Made by a program: the position numbers and the translations under genes. Under the pieces are notes generated by a model. The model did no database searches and was not told where the DNA came from. It saw only the letters and a list, made by a program, of their open reading frames with translations. Shown here piece after piece: positions 1 to 6,557 of a DNA stretch of 32,820 nucleotides (positions within the stretch are counted from its first letter, which is position 1; every line of letters starts with the position of its first letter). The stretch is from Flavobacteriales bacterium (GTDB taxonomy: Bacteria; Bacteroidota; Bacteroidia; Flavobacteriales_D; Sanyastnellaceae): contig JBIKVX010000001.1 in NCBI GenBank assembly GCA_044356625.1, positions 1 to 32,820 on the forward strand, read 5' to 3'.

Positions 1-1155
1 TTCCAACACAAAATACTTATAAGCAGTCCTTATAAATCCCCAACCTAACTTGTCCATGTTACACTCCGTGGCCATAATAAATACAATTTGTGATTTCTCT
101 ATCTCCTTCATTTGAGAAAGCGGATCAGTATTCGTCATCTTTCTCTCAGGGAGCTTATGTAATTGTTTATTGTAAAAATAAAAATTCAACGATCGGAAAA
201 TGTCCGGCGCCCAAGGTAATTGCAGGAGATTGAAAAAATAACTGTCTGAAATAATTGCAACTTTTGGTTGAACACCAACATTTCCATTGTTAAGGCTGTA
301 CTGCAAGTTCACACTTACACGCGGATAAGCCATTGGAAGAACGTCAATAGGCCAATACAAATTCATTCCCAATCCAATGTCGTCATCCACGCTTTCTATA
401 GTGGTTGAAAGAGGGAGATCTTTTTTGTTCCAAGCGAACTCGTTCATATTATTTCCGCAACGCTTCTTACAAAAATTCACCAATGAATCGGCGGCTAACG
501 TTGCACCGTACTGACTCCAATGAATGCCCGTCTTCGGGAAAAGCGGGGCGGGCGTTTTGCCCTTCATTTCACGAAACCACTTTCCAAAGTCTATGTGCTG
601 AATACCCTGTGATTCCAAGCCTTTCTGGTATTCGGAATAATAACTGCGGTTGGAAAGAATGGGGAATTCATCTGGAATGTATTCCGGATAAAACGAGGCT
701 TTTCCGGGATTCATGACCACCACCAATTCAATGCCTTTCTCTTTCAATTTAGTTTGAAGCGCTTTCAGCATAACAAGGTTCGAATCTACCTGGGCTGTAT
801 TCACCTCTTCAGCACCGCGAAAGGCGTTGATGTATTTGATCTCGTACAAATAATCCTCCTTCCCAATGATGACCCCATTGGCCTTGGCCTTATGAAAAAG
901 TGAAAACGCAATCTGATTGTGGATGCGCACAGCAGTGTTGCGGTATCCGAATTGCTCGTTGATGTATTTGTTTCGATTCTCTTGGTAAGTGCCGTCGAAC
1001 CATGATTCGAGGGTTAGTGAATCTTTTGCAGTTGGTTCTATAGAACCGAAGAGTGGACCCACTTCAACAAAAGGTTTTACCATTTGTATCATAGGAAGAA
1101 ACATGCCTATGAGAACGATAGAGAACAAGACGGTATGGAAGCGATTGTTCTTCAT
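1..1155 (-). CDS. AlgX/AlgJ-like (SGNH-fold, DHHW-type) polysaccharide O-acetylation partner protein; 3' end runs off the window
   Basis: Absent from the ORF track because it has no in-window stop. I read the minus strand codon by codon from ATG 1155-1153 to position 1 and found no stop (385 codons). It has an N-terminal signal anchor MKNNRFHTVLFSIVLIGMFLP and an internal FPKTGIHWSQYGA motif typical of AlgJ/AlgX-type partners. Its ATG overlaps the TAA of the upstream MBOAT gene (TAATG). It displaces track ORFs 405..716(+) and 989..1174(+). Confidence 0.7.
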   Translation of the reverse strand, partial: MKNNRFHTVLFSIVLIGMFLPMIQMVKPFVEVGPLFGSIEPTAKDSLTLESWFDGTYQENRNKYINEQFGYRNTAVRIHNQIAFSLFHKAKANGVIIGKEDYLYEIKYINAFRGAEEVNTAQVDSNLVMLKALQTKLKEKGIELVVVMNPGKASFYPEYIPDEFPILSNRSYYSEYQKGLESQGIQHIDFGKWFREMKGKTPAPLFPKTGIHWSQYGATLAADSLVNFCKKRCGNNMNEFAWNKKDLPLSTTIESVDDDIGLGMNLYWPIDVLPMAYPRVSVNLQYSLNNGNVGVQPKVAIISDSYFFNLLQLPWAPDIFRSLNFYFYNKQLHKLPERKMTNTDPLSQMKEIEKSQIVFIMATECNMDKLGWGFIRTAYKYFVLE

Positions 1156-2606
1156 TAGAATCGGAAATAAATGAAGGGGTTAAATCCGCTTGCGGTGATG
1201 TAGCTCAACGAAAGAACAAAGAGCGCTGCTGAAACGATTGTCAATGCTAGATGTCCGGCGTTTCCAATTGTTCGCTGACCGAATACCGAATCTTGAAATT
1301 TCGTTGTTTTGGGAAGTAGTAAGAAGAATGAAAACAACGTCGCCAAGGCCGCAATAAGCATCCATTCGGTATCAATTTTTACCGTTACATATCCGTTGAA
1401 TGAAAACATTGCATGCAGATATCCCCATGCCCTATGCAAATCTTCCACGCGGAAAAATACCCAACCGATTACTACCACGACAAACGTGAAAGCTACGCGT
1501 GTAATTTTCCCGATGGAACCAAACCAACGGATTAAAAACGCGCGCTCCAATACCAAGAACAATCCGTGCCAAGCGCCCCAGATGATGTAGTTCCAAGAAG
1601 CTCCGTGCCACAGTCCGGAAAGTAAAAACACCAACCACAAGTTGAAGTACAATCTTCCTTTTCCCACCTTGTTTCCACCCAATGGAATGTAGAGGTAGTT
1701 GCGCATCCATCCGCCCAAGGTCATGTGCCAACGGCGCCAGAACTCGGTGATGTTTTGAGAGACATACGGATTGTTGAAGTTCTCTGGAAATTTAAATCCA
1801 ACCATTCGTCCAATCCCAATGGCCATGTCGGAATATCCGCTGAAGTCGAAATAGATTTGAAACGTGTAAGACAGCGCGGCCAACCAAGCGGCTCCCATGG
1901 AAAGCGTATTCGGATCAAGCGCACCAGCGCCTGTTTCCGCATTGCCGTATATGCTGTCTGCAAAGGCCGCCAGCGCATTGGCTATCAAAACTTTTTTTCC
2001 TAAACCAATGCAAAATCTATAAAAACCGAGCAAACGTTCGGTACTGTTTTCGGTCTTCGAACGATCGGGAATTTGATCGGCGATATCATGGTACCGAATA
2101 ATAGGACCCGCAATTAATTTCGGAAAAAGGATGATGTACAACTGATAGTCCCAAAAGTTCTTGAGCGGCTTATGCACTCTTCGAAAAACATCTACCACAT
2201 AAGTAAGTGTTTCAAAGGTGTAGAATGAAATACCTATCGGAAGCACCAACTTCGTCCATGGAATGCTGCTCTCCATACCCACTCCCTTCATAGCAACATT
2301 CACATTCTCTATGAAGAAGTTCATGTATTTGAAATACACGAGCAACCCAAGGTTCATGACCACTGAAAACACGAGTAGTGCTTTTCGCTCGGATTCATTC
2401 TTGCTGCGATCCATTCTTCCCACCAAGAAAAAATCTATGAGAGTTGTCCCAATAATGACGAAGATAAATTTCGGCGCACCCCACGCATAGAAGAACACGC
2501 TTGACAAGAGCAAGAATGGATTCTTCAATTTCTTCGGGCATATCCAATACAGCAGCAGGAAGGCTGGGAGGAAGGTGGTGAGGAAGATGGCGGATGAAAA
2601 AACCAT
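1155..2606 (-). CDS. MBOAT-family membrane O-acyltransferase (AlgI/DltB-like)
   Basis: 483-aa polytopic membrane protein. MBOAT signatures are present: ITEFWRRWHMTLGGWMRNYLYIPLGG and LSGLWHGASWNY (conserved His). It is translationally coupled to the downstream AlgX/AlgJ-like ORF. Confidence 0.9.
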   Translation of the reverse strand: MVFSSAIFLTTFLPAFLLLYWICPKKLKNPFLLLSSVFFYAWGAPKFIFVIIGTTLIDFFLVGRMDRSKNESERKALLVFSVVMNLGLLVYFKYMNFFIENVNVAMKGVGMESSIPWTKLVLPIGISFYTFETLTYVVDVFRRVHKPLKNFWDYQLYIILFPKLIAGPIIRYHDIADQIPDRSKTENSTERLLGFYRFCIGLGKKVLIANALAAFADSIYGNAETGAGALDPNTLSMGAAWLAALSYTFQIYFDFSGYSDMAIGIGRMVGFKFPENFNNPYVSQNITEFWRRWHMTLGGWMRNYLYIPLGGNKVGKGRLYFNLWLVFLLSGLWHGASWNYIIWGAWHGLFLVLERAFLIRWFGSIGKITRVAFTFVVVVIGWVFFRVEDLHRAWGYLHAMFSFNGYVTVKIDTEWMLIAALATLFSFFLLLPKTTKFQDSVFGQRTIGNAGHLALTIVSAALFVLSLSYITASGFNPFIYFRF

Positions 2607-2610
2607 TCAG

Positions 2611-2618
2611 CGAATATA
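2611..2618 (-). promoter_or_regulatory. Candidate Bacteroidota -7 box TATATTCG (one mismatch to TAnnTTTG), 4 nt upstream of the MBOAT ATG
   Basis: The minus strand reads CGGCTTCGCCG-TATATTCG-CTGA-ATG. The box directly abuts the outermost hairpin of the array at 2619-2812. Confidence 0.3.
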
Positions 2619-2812
2619 CGGCGAAGCCGATGACACCGAAGGTGATGACCCTACGGGATGACACTGCGTGATGACCGTTCCGGATGACACTCCGTGATGA
2701 CGCTCCGCGAAGCGGTCATCGAACTTGTTCGTCATCACATGAAATGTGTCATCCCAGAGGGTCATCAATCGTAGATTGTCATCCCGAAGGGTCATCCAGC
2801 TCCGCTGGTGAT
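2619..2812. repeat. Mini-hairpin array A: 13 consecutive short stem-loops joined by ATGA (x6), then TCAT (x6) linkers
   Basis: Direct parse of the + strand: CGGCgaaGCCG ATGA CACCgaaGGTG ATGA CCCtacGGG ATGA CACtgcGTG ATGA CCGttcCGG ATGA CACtccGTG ATGA cgctCCGCgaaGCGG TCAT CGAACttGTTCG TCAT CACATgaaATGTG TCAT CCCagaGGG TCAT CAATCgtaGATTG TCAT CCCgaaGGG TCAT CCAGCtccGCTGG TGAT. It lies in the divergent gap between the MBOAT gene and the phosphosugar mutase gene. Confidence 0.85.
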
Positions 2813-2820
2813 TATATTTG
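2813..2820 (+). promoter_or_regulatory. Candidate Bacteroidota -7 promoter box TATATTTG for the phosphosugar mutase gene
   Basis: Exact match to TAnnTTTG, 17 nt upstream of ATG 2838 and immediately after the last hairpin of array A. Confidence 0.4.
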
Positions 2821-2837
2821 TTACAAACAAAGAAGAA

Positions 2838-4610
2838 ATGACCCCCTTAGAATCCGCAAAAGAAAAAGCTAGACTTTGGAAAACATACGATTTAGATGAA
2901 GAGACGCGCAACGAGATTGAGCGTATGGAAAGAGAAGATGAGAAGTTGTTCATTGATTCGTTTTATTCGGATTTGGAATTTGGAACGGGTGGTTTGCGCG
3001 GTGTCATGGGTGTGGGAAGCATGCGTATGAACAAGTATACCGTGGGGATGGCTACGCAGGGATTGGCGAATTATATTTTGAAACACCATGCGCAAATGGG
3101 TGGAGAAGGCTCGGTGGCGATTGCGTATGACTCGCGAAACAATTCAAGTTACTTCGCGAATATTGCGTCTGAGATTTTGGCGAAGAATGGCATTCATGTT
3201 TATCTCTTTTCAGAATTGCGTCCAACACCGCTGTTGTCGTTCACCGTTCGTGAATTGAAATGCACGGCGGGTATTGTTATCACTGCTTCGCACAATCCGA
3301 AGGAGTACAACGGGTATAAAGTTTATTGGAGCGATGGCGGGCAGATATTGCCGCCGCATGACGGGGGGATAATCACGGAAGTGAAGATTGCAAATGCTGC
3401 GCAAGATGTTTCACAAGATGCAAATGCTTTGCAAGATTCTTCGAAAGATTCCTTCGGAAAGATTGGTGAAATAAAGGAAGTTCCTTCGGCAGTAGAAGAA
3501 AAATACCTGGAACTCGTTCGAGGATTGACGCTTTCTGAAGATGCCGTGAAGCAAGAGAAAGACATTTCCATTGTGTATACTTCTATACACGGTTCAGGGA
3601 TAACGTTGGTACCGAAGACATTGGCGGCGTTGGGGTTTTCGAATGTGAGTGTGGTGGAAGAGCAGGCGGTGCCCGATGGGAATTTCCCGACGGTGGAGTC
3701 ACCGAATCCGGAAGAGAAGTCGGCCATGAAAATGGCGTTGGAGTTGGGAGAGAAGGTAAATGCGGAATTGGTATTGGGAACAGATCCGGATACCGATCGC
3801 GTGGGATTGGCAGTGAGAAACGACAACAATGAATTGGTGTTGATCAATGGAAATCAAGCAGGAAGCTTGTTGGTGTATTACCGTTTGTTGGTGGGAAAGG
3901 AAAAAGGAAAATTACCTGAACATCCGTTTATTGGAAAGACGATTGTGACAACCGAATTGATTGCACGCATTGCGGAATCGTTCGGGGTGCCGTGTTACGA
4001 CACGTTAACCGGATTCAAGTTTATCGCGGGATTGATTAAAGAAAAAGAAGGAAAGGAAAATTTTGTAGCGGGTGGAGAAGAGAGCTACGGCTATTTGGTG
4101 AGTGATTTTGTGCGCGACAAAGACGCTGCATTGTCGGCTGTTCAGTTCGCAGAGATAGCGGCTTACGCGAAGAACAAAGGAACAACGATGTGGGGAATGT
4201 TGAAAGACCTTTACTTACAACACGGCGTGTTCCAGGAAGAGTTGGTAAGCATTACGTTGAAGGGAATAGACGGTGTTGCGCAGATTCAAAGCATGATGTC
4301 GCGTCTTCGCACCACACCTCCGCAAACCCTTGGCGGAGTAGCGCTAGCAGAATTGCACGATGTGAAAGCTGGCACCTGTAAAAACATGATTACCGGAGCA
4401 ACAACCACACTCCCCTATCCAAGCTCAGACGTCTTGCAATTCATCCTCACCGACGGCAGCAAGATCAGTGCTCGTCCAAGTGGGACGGAACCGAAGATTA
4501 AGTTTTACTTTTCGTTAAGGAAGGAGATTTCTTCTTCAGAAGAAATTTCTTCAGTTCAGAATGAACTGACAAAGAAGATTGAAATAATTAAAGCAGAGCT
4601 TTTGAATTAA
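2838..4610 (+). CDS. Phosphoglucomutase/phosphomannomutase family phosphosugar mutase (PgcA-like)
   Basis: Family loops present: TASHNPKEYNGYK (phosphoserine loop), GTDPDTDR (metal loop), GGEESYG (sugar loop), RPSGTEPKIKFY (phosphate loop). The track ORF begins at GTG 2808 inside the promoter-like box. I prefer the in-frame ATG at 2838 (MTPLESAKEK...). Confidence 0.9.
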   Translation: MTPLESAKEKARLWKTYDLDEETRNEIERMEREDEKLFIDSFYSDLEFGTGGLRGVMGVGSMRMNKYTVGMATQGLANYILKHHAQMGGEGSVAIAYDSRNNSSYFANIASEILAKNGIHVYLFSELRPTPLLSFTVRELKCTAGIVITASHNPKEYNGYKVYWSDGGQILPPHDGGIITEVKIANAAQDVSQDANALQDSSKDSFGKIGEIKEVPSAVEEKYLELVRGLTLSEDAVKQEKDISIVYTSIHGSGITLVPKTLAALGFSNVSVVEEQAVPDGNFPTVESPNPEEKSAMKMALELGEKVNAELVLGTDPDTDRVGLAVRNDNNELVLINGNQAGSLLVYYRLLVGKEKGKLPEHPFIGKTIVTTELIARIAESFGVPCYDTLTGFKFIAGLIKEKEGKENFVAGGEESYGYLVSDFVRDKDAALSAVQFAEIAAYAKNKGTTMWGMLKDLYLQHGVFQEELVSITLKGIDGVAQIQSMMSRLRTTPPQTLGGVALAELHDVKAGTCKNMITGATTTLPYPSSDVLQFILTDGSKISARPSGTEPKIKFYFSLRKEISSSEEISSVQNELTKKIEIIKAELLN

Positions 4611-4625
4611 TTCAGCGAAGCTGAA
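4611..4625. terminator. Stem-loop TTCAGC-GAA-GCTGAA between convergent genes (possible bidirectional terminator or stabiliser)
   Basis: Perfect 6-bp stem with a GAA loop (contains GCGAAGC). It starts 1 nt after the mutase TAA and ends 6 nt before the rfbA stop. It has no clear U-tract, so terminator function is uncertain. Confidence 0.35.
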
Positions 4626-4631
4626 ATTATA

Positions 4632-5492
4632 TTACTTGAGTAATCCGAGTAAATAGGAGCCATACCCACTCTTCACCAACGGTTGCGCCAATGCTACCAG
4701 CTGCTCTTGATTGATATATCCCATGCGATAAGCGATTTCTTCAATACACGAAATCTTCTGTCCTTGACGCTCTTCCATCACTTGAACGAATTGTCCTGCT
4801 TGCATCAAGGAAGCAAAGGTTCCTGTATCCAACCATGCCGTTCCTCGGTTGAAGACGCTTACTGTTAATTGACCACGATTTAAATACTCTTGATTCACAT
4901 CGGTAATTTCGTATTCACCGCGTGCAGAAGGTTTTAAATTTTTTGCAATTTCAACTACTGAATTGTCGTAGAAATACAATCCAGGAACAGCGTAATTACT
5001 TTTCGGTTCTGATGGCTTTTCTTCAATGGAAATAACCTTTCCCTCTGCATCAAATTCCACAACACCGTAGCGTTCCGGATCATTCACATGATAAGCAAAT
5101 ACTTTTCCACCAACTACTTCGGTGCTTGCTTGTAATAATTTGCTGAGCCCACTCGCGTAAAAAATATTGTCGCCCAAGATCAAAGCAACTTTTTCTTTTC
5201 CTATGAACTCTTCACCAATTACAAACGCCTGAGCGAGTCCATTCGGTTCGGGTTGTTCGGCGTATTCGAATGAGCAGCCCAATTGAGAACCGTCTCCCAA
5301 TAATTTGCGGAATCCCGGTAAATCATGCGGAGTAGAAATAATCAATATCTCACGAATGCCTGCTAACATCAGTACCGAAAGCGGATAGTAAATCATGGGT
5401 TTGTCGTACACCGGCATGAGCTGCTTGCTCACAGCTAAGGTTAACGGATGCAAGCGTGTGCCTGAACCTCCGGCGAGAATTATTCCTTTCAT
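4632..5492 (-). CDS. rfbA: Glucose-1-phosphate thymidylyltransferase
   Basis: [19 protein letters not shown]-terminus; 286 aa; LGDNIFY and [19 protein letters not shown] motifs typical of RmlA. Confidence 0.95.
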   Translation of the reverse strand: MKGIILAGGSGTRLHPLTLAVSKQLMPVYDKPMIYYPLSVLMLAGIREILIISTPHDLPGFRKLLGDGSQLGCSFEYAEQPEPNGLAQAFVIGEEFIGKEKVALILGDNIFYASGLSKLLQASTEVVGGKVFAYHVNDPERYGVVEFDAEGKVISIEEKPSEPKSNYAVPGLYFYDNSVVEIAKNLKPSARGEYEITDVNQEYLNRGQLTVSVFNRGTAWLDTGTFASLMQAGQFVQVMEERQGQKISCIEEIAYRMGYINQEQLVALAQPLVKSGYGSYLLGLLK

Positions 5493-5495
5493 GGC

Positions 5496-6548
5496 TTAAC
5501 GATTAACGTATTGATTGTTGTAATAAGTTTGGTAGGCGCCACTAGTCACGTTGTTCAACCACTCCGTATTGTTCAAATACCAGTCGACTGTTTTTTCAAT
5601 GCCTTCTTCAAATTGCAAGGAAGGCTTCCAACCCAATTCGTTCATGATTTTTGTTGAATCAATGGCGTAACGCAAGTCGTGTCCCGCGCGATCGGTGACG
5701 AATTGAATAAGTTTTTCTGACTCCCCTTCAACGCGATTCAATTTACCGTCTAAAATCTTACACAGCAACTTCACCACATTTATGTTCTTCCACTCGTTGA
5801 AGCCGCCTATGTTGTATGTCTCTCCAATTTTCCCTTCGTGAAAAACTTTGTCAATGGCTTTGGCGTGATCTTCCACGAACAACCAGTCACGCACATTCTC
5901 CCCTTTTCCGTATACCGGAAGTGGTTTGTTGTGAATGATGTTGTGAATGATGAGTGGAATTAGTTTTTCTGGAAAATGATTCGGACCGTAGTTGTTCGAG
6001 CAGTTGCTAATGACAATGGGAAGTCCGTAGGTGTTTCCGTAAGCACGAACGAAATGATCGGAAGCCGCCTTGGAAGCCGAATACGGCGAACGCGGATCGT
6101 AGGATGTTTCTTCGGTGAAGAAGTCCTTGGGGTTGTGCAACTCTCCGTATACTTCATCGGTAGAAACGTGGTAAAAGCGTTTCCCCTCGAAGTTGTTTTT
6201 CCAATTTGCAACGGCAGCGTTCAACAACGTAACGGTACCGACCACATTGGTTTGCACAAACTCCATCGGGTTAGTAATGCTCCGATCTACATGCGACTCT
6301 GCGGCCAAATGAATAACACCGTTGAAATTGTATTTCTCGAATAAAGACTTTACAAAAGCGGCATCTGCTATGTCCCCTTTCTCAAAGGAGTAATTCTGAA
6401 GATGCTCCACATCTTTCAAATTCTCTAAATTCCCTGCATAAGTAAGTTTATCGAGGTTTACGACATTCACATCGGTATGCGTCAATAAAAAATGACGAAC
6501 AACGTGCGAGCCAATGAATCCGGCACCGCCGGTGACGAGGATAGTCAT
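5496..6548 (-). CDS. rfbB: dTDP-glucose 4,6-dehydratase
   Basis: ILVTGGAGFIGSH Rossmann motif, YSASKAASD (YxxxK), 350 aa, immediately upstream of rfbA. Confidence 0.95.
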   Translation of the reverse strand: MTILVTGGAGFIGSHVVRHFLLTHTDVNVVNLDKLTYAGNLENLKDVEHLQNYSFEKGDIADAAFVKSLFEKYNFNGVIHLAAESHVDRSITNPMEFVQTNVVGTVTLLNAAVANWKNNFEGKRFYHVSTDEVYGELHNPKDFFTEETSYDPRSPYSASKAASDHFVRAYGNTYGLPIVISNCSNNYGPNHFPEKLIPLIIHNIIHNKPLPVYGKGENVRDWLFVEDHAKAIDKVFHEGKIGETYNIGGFNEWKNINVVKLLCKILDGKLNRVEGESEKLIQFVTDRAGHDLRYAIDSTKIMNELGWKPSLQFEEGIEKTVDWYLNNTEWLNNVTSGAYQTYYNNQYVNR

Positions 6549-6557
6549 TCTTTTTGT

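Noticed and set aside
405-1174. Track ORFs 405..716(+) and 989..1174(+)
   Set aside because: They lie antisense to a 385-codon open minus-strand frame with recognisable AlgX/AlgJ-like features. Their peptides are low-complexity and have no recognisable motifs.
2641-2701. GTGATGA motifs as C/D-box (RUGAUGA) or k-turn RNA elements
   Set aside because: There are no paired CUGA D-box partners at an appropriate distance. The motif is explained by the ATGA linker plus the closing G and preceding stem base, and the context is bacterial. I treat it as coincidental.
2629-2796. One long cruciform or perfect large inverted repeat spanning array A
   Set aside because: I compared the inter-linker segments of the left and right arms pairwise and they are not mutually complementary. 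Only the linkers mirror each other. Each segment is self-complementary instead.
2619-2812. CRISPR array interpretation of the periodic GATGAC/GTCATC region (and likewise 25733-25898)
   Set aside because: The constant element is only 4-6 nt and the period only 13-17 nt. The supposed spacers are themselves palindromes, orientation flips mid-array, and there are no cas genes. None of this fits CRISPR repeat-spacer architecture.
2619-2812. Invertible (phase-variable) promoter like Bacteroides capsule fin sites
   Set aside because: There are no long (15-30 bp) inverted repeats bracketing a promoter segment. The mirrored sequence is limited to 6-7 bp motifs, and no serine/tyrosine recombinase gene is nearby.
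2607-2872. Track ORFs 2607..2795(-) and 2684..2872(+), each 62 aa and starting MTLRDD, plus 25800..26003(+), as a small repeated-protein family
   Set aside because: Their similarity comes from reading through the ATGA-hairpin units. The 13-nt period is not a multiple of 3, the ORFs overlap on opposite strands, and the peptides are low-complexity Ser/Arg/His/Asp strings. They are artefacts of the DNA repeat.
3323-3847. Long antisense/shadow ORFs inside confident genes: 3323..3847(-), 5976..6344(+), 14940..15302(+), 16408..16746(+), 21569..21925(+), 24724..25089(+), 26203..26544(+) and the other short overlapping ORFs in the track
   Set aside because: Each is fully embedded in a gene with strong family motifs on the opposite strand or in another frame. 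None has start-context or motif support.
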